A stretch of 64,000 bases of DNA from Candidatus Kerfeldbacteria bacterium (lineage in GTDB: Bacteria; Patescibacteriota; Patescibacteriia; SBBC01). Below the pieces are notes generated by a model. It was given only the letters and a program-made list of their open reading frames with translations, ran no database searches and was not told the DNA's origin. Location: assembly GCA_016207275.1 (NCBI GenBank), contig JACQPY010000012.1:1706-65705 (forward strand), written 5' to 3'. The position numbers and the translations under genes were made by a program. Each line of letters opens with the position of its first letter. The first letter of the stretch is position 1. Positions 34,768 to 43,662 of this stretch are shown in pieces.

Positions 34768-37700
34768 ATGGTTCTTATTAACTTCATCCAGCGCCACCAA
34801 AAACCAACCGCCGTCATCCTGGCGGTCGTCTTACTGTCGGCATTCTGGCTGGCCGTGCCGCATGAAGTTAAGGCCGTCGGCGAGGGCATCATCGCCAACA
34901 TCCTGTCGTGGCTGGCGTACCAGTTGATCACCCTGATGGCCAACCTGCTGGTGGTGGTGGTCAACATCTTGGTCGCCGTCGCCCAGTACAACAACTTCCT
35001 CGGCGCGCCGGCGGTTGAGCGCGGCTGGGTGATTGTCCGCGACATCGCCAACATGTTCTTCATTGTGGTTTTGCTGATCATCGCCTTCGGCACGATTTTG
35101 CGACTGGAAAACTACCGCTACAACCGCCTGCTGGCACGGCTCATCGTCATGGCCATCTTGGTTAACTTCTCCAAGTTCATCGCCGGTTTCTTCATCGACT
35201 TCGGCCAGGTCATCATGCTGACCTTTGTCAATGCCTGGCGTGACGTGGCCGCCGGCAACATCACCCACGCCCTCGGCCTGACCGAGATCATTCAGCTCCG
35301 CAACCAACCGCTGCCCAGCGGCCAGGAGATCAGTTCGGGAGCGGTGCTGACCGCGCTGCTGCTCGGCTTGTTCCTGGTGACGGTGGCCGTTATCGTCCTG
35401 GCGATCATGGCGATCGTCCTGATTTTGCGCGTCCTGGCCCTGTGGTTCTTGGTTGTCCTGTCGCCGCTGGCATACCTCTTCCGGACCTACCCGGCGACCG
35501 AGAAATATGCGGCCCGCTGGTGGCAGGAATTCGGCCGTTACGTCGTGGTCGGGCCGGTGATGGCGTTTTTGCTGTGGTTAAGCTTGGCGGTCATGACGGC
35601 GCCGGTGCAGTTTAGCGAAGAAGTGTTTACCGTCGTTAAAACTACCGAGGGATCGGCAGTGATCGAGCCGACCGACAGCGCCACCGCCAACAACGTGGCC
35701 GCCGCCATTTCGACCATTGGCCAGTCCGACAAGCTGTTGGGTTACATCACCGGTATTATGCTCCTGGTCGGCACGCTGATGATTACCCGCGAGCTGGGCG
35801 TGGCCGGCGGCCAGCTGGCTGGGCAGTGGGCCGAGAAGATTCGGGGGTTTGCCACCAAGGCGGCGGTGGTCGGGGGCGCTGGTGCGGCTTTCGGAGCGTT
35901 AGGAGTAGCTGGCGTGACGGTTGGCAGGCCGGCGGCCAAGCTGGCCGGCAAAGGGATTGCGGCTGGCGCAAAAGGGCTTGGCAATGCGATTATCGACCGT
36001 GCACAAGTTGCCCTGGGAGGAATTCCGCTCAGACCGAGCGTCTGGGCCGAGGGATTCAAGCGCGCCAGCGCCCGGCGTCGCCATGATTGGGAGGAAAAAC
36101 GTTGGCAAGCGGCGAACAAGAACATGGAAGAGGCGCTCAAGCCGGCGGTCGGCAAGAAGATGAGCGCTGCCCGGCGAGCCTGGAAATTCGCAGTTGGCGC
36201 CGCCGGTTCGCCGGAATACTTTAAGTATAATCTTCTGACTTTTGGCAACTTCGGTAAAATGATAGCTGGCCGAGGCGGCGAGGTGTTGGGCGGGGATTTC
36301 TCCGAAGCCAGCGAGGACTACAACCGGACGCGAGAGCGAGCCAAGGCCATGGCTCGCGAACGGGAACTAATGCAGGGCTCGCGCGACCTTGGACAGTTTT
36401 ATGTTCAGGAGACCGCTGGTCAACGCGTCCAGTCAGACGTTAATGCGGAGGCAGAAAAAATCAGGTCCGAGCGGACCCGCGATCTTCGCGCTGACGTCAA
36501 CTTCTTCGAAGAGAAGGACCACGAAGGAAAGGTCGTGCGACGCCTGCCGCTGGCTGAATACATCAGCGGTTTGATGCGCGATGAGGGGTATGATCCGACC
36601 TCAGGCGACGAGCGGACCGTGCGACGTCGAGCGGCCCTGGAAAAAGAGCATGATGAGCAGTTGGCGCGGTCACGCCTGGTGAAAGAGGAACAGCAAGGAC
36701 AGCTAACGGCCAAGGTCGCCGAGGTCGCCAAGGACCGGGCTGCCAACCCGGCCAGCCGCTATGGCCGTAAGACGGTCAAAAAGGACAAAGAAGAGGTCGA
36801 AGTCAGCTTCGCCGATGCACTGGATGAAGCCATGGACAAGAAGTTCCCTAAGAATTTTAATCGCTATCTAGAGTCTCAGGGGATTGATCCGCGCGCCAAG
36901 GATGATGGGACTAAGTTGAAGATTGAGGCACTCCGGCCGGGATACGAGGCGATTTTCAAGAAAGAGTTTGAGGACAATTGGAATAAGGAACAGGCTGAAG
37001 CCGAACTGGAGTTAAGTCCAGAATACCAGGATCCGATGGCCACGCGGGAGGAGCGTTATCGCCAGGAAATCCTGAAATCAGCGCCGGAAAACGAGCTCCG
37101 ACGGCGGGGACAAGCAGTGCATGAGGAAGAGGTTAAAAAGCTGCGCGATCAGGCAGCCGCGATCAGGGCCGGCGGATTAACCGAGGGGCAGCATGAACGG
37201 AGAGAGAAGGAGCTGATTGAGGTCATTAAGAAGCTCGAACAGATTGACAAGGATTTGAAGACCCACTCTCCTGGAACGCCGGAGTACTCGCGGCTGATGG
37301 AGGAGCGCGCCGAACGCGAAAAGCAACGGCAGCTGCTTGAGCGTTACCTCAAGCCGAAACCTGGTGAAAAACCGCCGCTGAACGACGATGAGAAGAAAGA
37401 AGGCGAGAAAGAAGCCGAGAAACTGGAAGAGGCAGCCAACCTCCAAGAAGGAATGGCTAAGCGTCGCGTGACCGATACTGAGCTGCGGTTGATGGACGAA
37501 GCCATAGACGCGCAGGAGAAGAAAGTGCGCGACCAGGCTAAGGTCGTCAGCCGGCTCCGTCCGGCCGTGCCCAAGGAACTGCGACGCGAGCTGCGCGCGT
37601 CGATTGCCGAGAAAAAGAAGGAAATTACGACTGAGCAGTGGCAGGAGCAGCTGTCAATTTTCGAGGACGCGGTTCGGCGCGGCGATGCGAGTACGGCTGC

Positions 37701-38424
37701 GGCCGCGGGTATCCGGGCGGCCGAGGATTTTAACTTGAATGAGTTTCAAACCAACTTAGGATACGATTCCGACGCTGAAGGCCTGAAACAGATGATAGAC
37801 GATTACTTCATCGGCAAACTGGGCATGTCCGAGGATCAGGCGCTGTCGATCGCCAACGACATGTCGCATGCCGCCGAAAAGGTCAACCACTGGGGAGTGG
37901 CGCGGGCAGTCAAGACCGACACCGTTACCGGTCGGCAGCACTTCCAGGATGAGCTTGATCGAGAAATGGAGGTAAGCGCTGAGATCCGGAAAGGCGACTT
38001 TGAAGGCACTATCCGTCGCTTTAATCGTCTGGCCTGGGGCAAAGAAGTGATTGGCGCCGGTACTGACATGGAGCGCGCCTCGCCAGCAGAACGCGCCGAG
38101 TACTATCGCCAGACCGGTGACCGCAGCTTCGTTTCTCTGCCTTACGGCCTGGCCTTCTTGGCTGAAAACTTCGGAAAGTCCGAGCGGAACATCAAAACCG
38201 GTCGGTTCAACCCCAACTATGCCACCAAGTTGTTCGACCCGGCAAACCGCCAGATGCTTGAAATGTTAGTAAAAGCGCTTGGTAATTTTACCCAGCTCGG
38301 GGATTCGCGTAAGGTCACGATGCCGGAAATCTTAGCACTCATACGGCAGTTCGGCGCCAGGGATCGCAGCGCGGCAGGCGATTTCGACCGCTTGCGAGAC
38401 TTCTGGCGCCGGTCCGGCCGCTAG
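34768..38424 (+). CDS. VirB6/TrbL-like polytopic membrane protein with a ~900-aa charged/coiled-coil cytoplasmic tail
   Basis: 1218 aa. The N-terminal ~330 aa hold at least 6 hydrophobic helices rich in aromatic and small residues, typical of TrbL/VirB6. The remainder is a highly charged, low-complexity K/E/R-rich region. Confidence 0.5.
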   Translation: MVLINFIQRHQKPTAVILAVVLLSAFWLAVPHEVKAVGEGIIANILSWLAYQLITLMANLLVVVVNILVAVAQYNNFLGAPAVERGWVIVRDIANMFFIVVLLIIAFGTILRLENYRYNRLLARLIVMAILVNFSKFIAGFFIDFGQVIMLTFVNAWRDVAAGNITHALGLTEIIQLRNQPLPSGQEISSGAVLTALLLGLFLVTVAVIVLAIMAIVLILRVLALWFLVVLSPLAYLFRTYPATEKYAARWWQEFGRYVVVGPVMAFLLWLSLAVMTAPVQFSEEVFTVVKTTEGSAVIEPTDSATANNVAAAISTIGQSDKLLGYITGIMLLVGTLMITRELGVAGGQLAGQWAEKIRGFATKAAVVGGAGAAFGALGVAGVTVGRPAAKLAGKGIAAGAKGLGNAIIDRAQVALGGIPLRPSVWAEGFKRASARRRHDWEEKRWQAANKNMEEALKPAVGKKMSAARRAWKFAVGAAGSPEYFKYNLLTFGNFGKMIAGRGGEVLGGDFSEASEDYNRTRERAKAMARERELMQGSRDLGQFYVQETAGQRVQSDVNAEAEKIRSERTRDLRADVNFFEEKDHEGKVVRRLPLAEYISGLMRDEGYDPTSGDERTVRRRAALEKEHDEQLARSRLVKEEQQGQLTAKVAEVAKDRAANPASRYGRKTVKKDKEEVEVSFADALDEAMDKKFPKNFNRYLESQGIDPRAKDDGTKLKIEALRPGYEAIFKKEFEDNWNKEQAEAELELSPEYQDPMATREERYRQEILKSAPENELRRRGQAVHEEEVKKLRDQAAAIRAGGLTEGQHERREKELIEVIKKLEQIDKDLKTHSPGTPEYSRLMEERAEREKQRQLLERYLKPKPGEKPPLNDDEKKEGEKEAEKLEEAANLQEGMAKRRVTDTELRLMDEAIDAQEKKVRDQAKVVSRLRPAVPKELRRELRASIAEKKKEITTEQWQEQLSIFEDAVRRGDASTAAAAGIRAAEDFNLNEFQTNLGYDSDAEGLKQMIDDYFIGKLGMSEDQALSIANDMSHAAEKVNHWGVARAVKTDTVTGRQHFQDELDREMEVSAEIRKGDFEGTIRRFNRLAWGKEVIGAGTDMERASPAERAEYYRQTGDRSFVSLPYGLAFLAENFGKSERNIKTGRFNPNYATKLFDPANRQMLEMLVKALGNFTQLGDSRKVTMPEILALIRQFGARDRSAAGDFDRLRDFWRRSGR

Positions 38425-38427
38425 CCT

Positions 38428-39735
38428 ATGGATGCCCCTCGATCGTCATCAGCTAACATCGAACAGCTTGATCTCCTTGACCAAGCGGTATTCAAGCAGA
38501 TGCAGGAGTACGTAGATTGGATTGTAATTTACGACTCAGCCGAAGACGCTTTCTTTATCGCTCGGGGTTTGCCGCGGGTGCTGGCGCAATATCCCCAGCT
38601 GACTGGCCGACCGTCGGAGCTGGCTTCGGGCTACGAGCGGATGTTGGCGGTGACGCGGGCCGCGGCTTTACCGCGGCTGAACGACGAAGAAATTATGACC
38701 TTGTTTCAGAAAGGGATTGTGACCGTCGCCCGCACTTCCGAGATTGACCTGATCGGAAAAATCACCGCCAAGTTGGTCCAAATCCCATGGGTTGAGGACC
38801 GAGACGAATACCGGAAGAAACTCCGTTTCGAACTGCGACAGAATAACGAATGGTTGACGCTTCAGAACATTCGGACGACTGCCGGCGTTGTTCCGCCAAC
38901 GGTCAAGGAGTGGATTTCGCTGGCCGAAAAATCCGCGTTCGAAAACGAGCCGCTGACCTCCGCGATTTTTACTAACAAAGTCTTTCAGGGTCTATCCAGA
39001 AACGAACAGATCGTGGTCCAGCGCATCCTGGCGATTGACGACTTTTTGTCGCTCTCGTCGGCCTCGCCCGAAGGCTTTGAACTCGCCACAACGGTAGTGG
39101 ACGAGAACGGACAGCGATTGGTATTCGAGGGCGGAGAAGTCCGTCCAGCGGCTGATCCGAAATCTGAGCAGCTCCTGAAGCAGTATTTTACCATCCGCCG
39201 TTCGATCGTTCAACTTCGTACCGCCCATGCCGCCGCCGACGAAGCTCGCTACGAACAACAGGAAGCGCTGCTGCAGCAAACCGGCTCGGACATGAACAAG
39301 GTGCTGCCAATGCTCAAGGACGCGCTGGTGCGTTCGGATTTGCCGCGCGTCGTGACCGCCACGATGGTGCTGGTTCGGGCCGGCGCAATCAAAGACGTGC
39401 TCAAAGACCAGGCAGTTCGTGATGGCCTAGTAACCAACCTACTCAAGCCACTGGCTGACCGCGCTGGCGTGCCGCTGGCCACGGTGCTGGCCAAGTTGAA
39501 CGCGAACGTTGATCAGCCGGTATACGTCGGCGCCTGCCTGCGCTGGTTGCTGGAAACGGCCTTCCCGGGCAACCCGGCTGAGGCCGCGCGGGTCGGCCAC
39601 CAAGCCGAGCAGCTGCTCGGCGCGCTCGGCAACACCAGCCTGACTGGCCTAACCTACTTTGACACGCGAGCAAACCAGTTTGCCTGGACGCCGATGCGGA
39701 TGAATCCGGACGGAATGCTGGTGTGGCAACGGTGA
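38428..39735 (+). CDS. Hypothetical soluble protein; N-terminal region paralogous to the 40572 gene
   Basis: 435 aa. AAALPRLNDEEIMTLFQKGIVTVARTSEIDL aligns with ALALPLLTDREILAMFDQLVTIVADERIGL of the 40572 product. Confidence 0.5.
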   Translation: MDAPRSSSANIEQLDLLDQAVFKQMQEYVDWIVIYDSAEDAFFIARGLPRVLAQYPQLTGRPSELASGYERMLAVTRAAALPRLNDEEIMTLFQKGIVTVARTSEIDLIGKITAKLVQIPWVEDRDEYRKKLRFELRQNNEWLTLQNIRTTAGVVPPTVKEWISLAEKSAFENEPLTSAIFTNKVFQGLSRNEQIVVQRILAIDDFLSLSSASPEGFELATTVVDENGQRLVFEGGEVRPAADPKSEQLLKQYFTIRRSIVQLRTAHAAADEARYEQQEALLQQTGSDMNKVLPMLKDALVRSDLPRVVTATMVLVRAGAIKDVLKDQAVRDGLVTNLLKPLADRAGVPLATVLAKLNANVDQPVYVGACLRWLLETAFPGNPAEAARVGHQAEQLLGALGNTSLTGLTYFDTRANQFAWTPMRMNPDGMLVWQR

Positions 39736-39738
39736 GGT

Positions 39739-40038
39739 ATGAGGTTCACGGTGCCTCGTCCGGCCAACACCACGGTAGCCGTCCAACGCTGCGGCTACGC
39801 TCGCTTCCGCGATCCGCGGACCGGGCAAGAAAGCTACACACTGCGGTTAGGTTCGGGATTTTATCCACGATGGCACTTGTATGCGGAAGAACGTGCTGAT
39901 GAGCTGGTGTTGAATTTGCACTTGGACCAGAAAAAACCGTCATACGGTGTTGGCCACGCGCATAGTGGCGAGTACGAAGGCGCGATTGTTGAAACAGAGA
40001 CTTTACGTTTGAAATCACTTTTGAACAACAGGAGTTAA
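39739..40038 (+). CDS. Hypothetical small protein
   Basis: 99-aa ORF, tightly spaced after the preceding gene. No recognisable motifs. Confidence 0.35.
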   Translation: MRFTVPRPANTTVAVQRCGYARFRDPRTGQESYTLRLGSGFYPRWHLYAEERADELVLNLHLDQKKPSYGVGHAHSGEYEGAIVETETLRLKSLLNNRS

Positions 40039-40097
40039 GAAAATTATCCTTGCTTGATAGGCAGACCGCGGCAATTCCACAAGTTATCCAAAAAGTT

Positions 40098-40131
40098 TCG
40101 AGGCCCTGATCACTTCGTATCAAGGCCTCGA
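40098..40131. terminator. Hairpin TCGAGGCC-(18 nt)-GGCCTCGA between convergent genes; candidate bidirectional terminator
   Basis: Perfect 8-bp inverted repeat, read directly. Confidence 0.4.
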
Positions 40132-40138
40132 TTGGCAT

Positions 40139-40327
40139 CTAATAGCCTGACTCAATTACTGCTCCAGCGGTGCCGATTATTTCTCCACAACTCTTGCAGA
40201 AGATGATGAAAACGAAATCCTCTCGTTTTCCCCCCGGTGCGCGGAGCGGAAACTCCCGGCCAATGTCCTTGTAATCGAATTCTATTCCTTCACATTCCGG
40301 ACACCTCGGCTCTTCCACTTTACTCAC
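40139..40327 (-). CDS. Small zinc-ribbon protein (CPEC...CKSC)
   Basis: 62-aa ORF with two CxxC pairs. GGAGG SD on the minus strand. The true start may be the internal GTG three codons downstream. Confidence 0.45.
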   Translation of the reverse strand: MSKVEEPRCPECEGIEFDYKDIGREFPLRAPGGKREDFVFIIFCKSCGEIIGTAGAVIESGY

Positions 40328-40522
40328 CTCCTTAAGGAACGAACCCTAGCTGGTAATTGAGCATCCTTTTGGCCAATTAGTATTTTAGTATTATTGAAGG
40401 AACTACTCTCGAACGAACAGGGAAGTATATAAGTTTGTACAAAAAAGTCAAGGTACTTCTCGACTCGGTCGCTAACGCGCCCTCGCTCGAAGAGCAAGCT
40501 TTTTTCTAACAAATCCACCGTT

Positions 40523-40549
40523 TTCAGGACGGCTGATTTATGGTATACT
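40523..40549 (+). promoter_or_regulatory. Candidate promoter with extended -10 (TGgTATACT) in an AT-rich divergent intergenic region upstream of the 40572 gene
   Basis: TTCAGG-15-TGGTATACT. The surrounding 240 nt are conspicuously AT-rich relative to the window. Confidence 0.4.
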
Positions 40550-40571
40550 ATAGCCACTTTTCCGCTACACC

Positions 40572-42326
40572 ATGATCGATTTTGTTGAGCTTGAGCAGTT
40601 GGATTTCCGGGGAGGGGATGCCCTTACCAAACTTGATGATGTACTGTCCGAGGTCGCGGCCTATGCCGAGGCCCGAACCGCAGTCCAGGTGGCGCAGATC
40701 TTGCAACGCCAGCGGCAGGCCGATCCCGAACTGGCCAGAACGATTGATCCGTACCTGATTAAATTTCGCGCCCTGGCCTTGCCGCTGCTGACTGACCGCG
40801 AAATTTTAGCCATGTTCGACCAGTTGGTTACCATCGTCGCCGACGAGCGGATCGGCCTGTACGAGCGGCTGCGGGCCAGGTTGCTGGCCCTGCCCGTAAC
40901 GCGTCGGACCACCCTGGCGCAGCAGATTCTGGGCGTACTTCGGCAGAGTCGCCAGCCCTTAGGGTCAGACACGGTCGGTTCCTGGATCCAGCTCTTCGAA
41001 GCACGAGGCGGACAGCGCAGTCCACAGGCCTTGTTCCAACTGCCGGAGTTTAAACGCCTGAATGACCAGGACGACCACAGCCTGCGTCACATCGTCCACG
41101 TGGTTAGCTTGCTGGCTTCGCCCGAGACGATTGAGCTAGCCGTGCCGCCACCGGTACCAACGGCTGAATCGGCCCCGACGGCGACCGCGGTTCCGCCGGC
41201 GCCGCCAGCCAACCTGCCAGTCGCCCCCGCTCCAGCTGACGTCCCGGTCGGGGCGGCGCCGGTCCTGAGGCCGAGCAGGGTTGAACCCCCGGCCGCTCGG
41301 CCGCCGCCGCTTTCCCGCACTGATCACGGGCCGACGATGGCCTCGGTCATGGCCCGACTGCAGCAGTCGCAGCAGGCGACGGCCGCGATCCCGCCGACGG
41401 TCGCCCACCTGACGCCGGACGATGAGCAGGAAATCCGGCAGCAGGCTGACGTCTTAGCCGGATTGCCAGCCGGTCCGAATGTCCACGACGTGGTCGCCGA
41501 CGCGATTAACCGTTTGATCCGCGAAAACAATTTGATCTTCACCGACGACAACCTGCGACGACGGTTCGTGACCATCATGACGGCGCGGATCAAAGACATC
41601 CGAACTTCGAACGAGACCATTGAACTACTGGTCCGGGCGGAGAAAATAGGCGGTTTGGGTTTTGAATCAACGCTGGCCGATAAGCTGGTCGCCGCCGCCA
41701 GCCTGGAAGCCGCTCGCTTCCATAACCACGACGAAGTCCGACGCCTGGTCACCCAGCAAGCCGTTAAGCAGTCGTCGCCGCTGCCGTCACCGCCGCGGGT
41801 ACCGGCCGCCCCGCCGCCGTCGAGCGCGCCGCTGACCGCGCCGGTTCCGCTTCGCGCCACCATGCCGACGCCACCACCGTCACGGCCGTCGCCGGCACTC
41901 GAGCCGACCGCAGCGGTTCTGACCCCGCCGCTGCCGACCGCCGCTACTAGGCCGGCCCAGCCGGAACGGGCAACGGTGGCAGATATTCGCGGCCGGTCGC
42001 GTCTGGTCGGACCGGTGGAAGAGTTGCGCGGTCTGACCGTGGTCGATTTCCGACGTCTCGGTGCTGATCCGGTGGCCTGCGTTCGGCGGGTCTACGAAAA
42101 AATCCAACAGCTGGCTCGCGAATCGTTCACCAAGCGAGCCGACGGTATCAAAGCCTGGCGCGAATCAGAACCCCATCGCCTGTACGTCGCCATGGGTCAA
42201 CAGGGTTTACTGTCGTCGAAATCGGTCCGCGAGGTCCTGTATGCTCGACAGCAAGCCGGCCAAGCAGCTTTGACCGAACAGGAGTTTACCTTGATCGCCG
42301 ATCTCAATCGTAAACTCAGATTCTAG
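40572..42326 (+). CDS. Hypothetical protein with long Pro-rich linkers; N-terminal domain paralogous to the 38428 gene
   Basis: 584 aa. PPVPTAESAPTATAVPPAPPANLPVAPAPADVP and PLPSPPRVPAAPPPSSAPLTAPVP low-complexity linkers. Confidence 0.5.
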   Translation: MIDFVELEQLDFRGGDALTKLDDVLSEVAAYAEARTAVQVAQILQRQRQADPELARTIDPYLIKFRALALPLLTDREILAMFDQLVTIVADERIGLYERLRARLLALPVTRRTTLAQQILGVLRQSRQPLGSDTVGSWIQLFEARGGQRSPQALFQLPEFKRLNDQDDHSLRHIVHVVSLLASPETIELAVPPPVPTAESAPTATAVPPAPPANLPVAPAPADVPVGAAPVLRPSRVEPPAARPPPLSRTDHGPTMASVMARLQQSQQATAAIPPTVAHLTPDDEQEIRQQADVLAGLPAGPNVHDVVADAINRLIRENNLIFTDDNLRRRFVTIMTARIKDIRTSNETIELLVRAEKIGGLGFESTLADKLVAAASLEAARFHNHDEVRRLVTQQAVKQSSPLPSPPRVPAAPPPSSAPLTAPVPLRATMPTPPPSRPSPALEPTAAVLTPPLPTAATRPAQPERATVADIRGRSRLVGPVEELRGLTVVDFRRLGADPVACVRRVYEKIQQLARESFTKRADGIKAWRESEPHRLYVAMGQQGLLSSKSVREVLYARQQAGQAALTEQEFTLIADLNRKLRF

Positions 42327-42328
42327 CC

Positions 42329-42841
42329 ATGCCGCAGTTTATCGTCCCGCAGTTCATCGATGTCGAGGACAAAATCATTGGTCCGATCTCGGTCCGCCAA
42401 TTCCTGACTTTCCTGGTCGGGGCCGCGCTCATTTTTGCCAACTATCAGATTGTCTACAAAGTTTTGTACCCCAATTTCTGGGTTTTTGCCATTAGTTCAA
42501 TCTTCATTTTCGCCGTGGCCGGCACCTTTGCCTTTTTGAAAATAAACGGCCGAACCTTCCACTACTTTCTACTCAACTTATTTGTCACTATGCAAAAGCC
42601 GCGGCTACGAGTCTGGAATAAACGACTGCGCCGCAGCGATTTCCTCACCAAGGAAGAAGCGGTTGAGATCGCCGCCCCCCTACCGGTCAAAGCACCCCTG
42701 ACCATGCGCAAGCTGACCGAGCTGTCGTTGATCGTCGATACCGGCGGCGCCTACCGCGAAGAGCTTCCCGAAGAGTCCACCCCGCCGTCCACAACCACTA
42801 AACCCGGCACGGTCACTGACATCTTCGCCGACCTCGCCTAG
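42329..42841 (+). CDS. PrgI-like (VirB3-like) small membrane protein of Gram-positive/CPR-type T4SS
   Basis: 170 aa. N-terminus MPQFIVPQFIDVEDKIIGPISVRQFLTFLVGAALIF matches the characteristic PrgI-family start, followed by two TM helices. Confidence 0.5.
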   Translation: MPQFIVPQFIDVEDKIIGPISVRQFLTFLVGAALIFANYQIVYKVLYPNFWVFAISSIFIFAVAGTFAFLKINGRTFHYFLLNLFVTMQKPRLRVWNKRLRRSDFLTKEEAVEIAAPLPVKAPLTMRKLTELSLIVDTGGAYREELPEESTPPSTTTKPGTVTDIFADLA

Positions 42842-42845
42842 CGAT

Positions 42846-43547
42846 ATGGTCAAAACGAAAGTCGTCAAACCGAAACCCAGCGTCAAAATTCAGAAGAAAG
42901 CTGAGTCGACTCAACGGTACCTCGACATCCTCGAGATTAAAGATGACGTGGTCGTGCTCAAGGATGGTTCGGTCCGCGCGGTCGTCTTGGTCGCATCGAT
43001 TAACTTCGACCTGAAGAGCGAGGAAGAGCAAGCGGCGGTCATTTCCAGCTACGTCCAGTTTCTCAACGCGATTGATTTTCCCCTCCAGATCGTAGTCCAA
43101 TCGCGCAAGCTCAACATTGACAGCTACTTGGATAAACTCAAGGACCTCGAAAAGCAGCAAACCAACGAGCTGCTGAAGCAACAAACGGTTGAGTACCGCC
43201 AATACATTCAAGAGTTGGTCGAAATCGCCGACATCATGACTAAGCGATTTTACGTGGTGGTGCCGTACTCGGAACAGTCGGGACGACCAAAGAGGTTCTG
43301 GTCGCGAGCGGTCGACGCTTTTTCGCCGACCAACGTGATCCACCTCAAACAGAAGAAGTTTGAAGAGTTCCGGACCGAGCTCTTCAAGCGGGTCGAGTAC
43401 GTCATCGACGGCCTGGCTTCGGCCGGGCTAAAATCGGCGGTGCTCGATACCCAGAGCTTGATCGAGCTGTACTACAACACCTACAACCCCGAGACCTCGG
43501 CTGAACAGCATTTGGTTGAGGTCGGGAAGATCCAATTAGAAGCTTAG
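42846..43547 (+). CDS. VirB4-family N-terminal domain encoded as a separate ORF (first piece of a split VirB4)
   Basis: 233 aa. YLDILEIKDDVVVLKDGSVRAVVLVASINFDLKSEEEQAAVISSYVQFLNAIDFPLQIVVQSRKL follows the conserved N-terminal pattern of Gram-positive VirB4/TcpF/PrgJ-type ATPases. Confidence 0.5.
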   Translation: MVKTKVVKPKPSVKIQKKAESTQRYLDILEIKDDVVVLKDGSVRAVVLVASINFDLKSEEEQAAVISSYVQFLNAIDFPLQIVVQSRKLNIDSYLDKLKDLEKQQTNELLKQQTVEYRQYIQELVEIADIMTKRFYVVVPYSEQSGRPKRFWSRAVDAFSPTNVIHLKQKKFEEFRTELFKRVEYVIDGLASAGLKSAVLDTQSLIELYYNTYNPETSAEQHLVEVGKIQLEA

Positions 43548-43662
43548 AGCTTGTAGCGGTTAGCTTTTAGGGACCCATCGAATAACCACTTGCCTGATGA
43601 AAATTAATCACTCTTCGCTACCGCTACCAGCTACCAGCTAAAAGCTATCAGCTTCTTCAACC

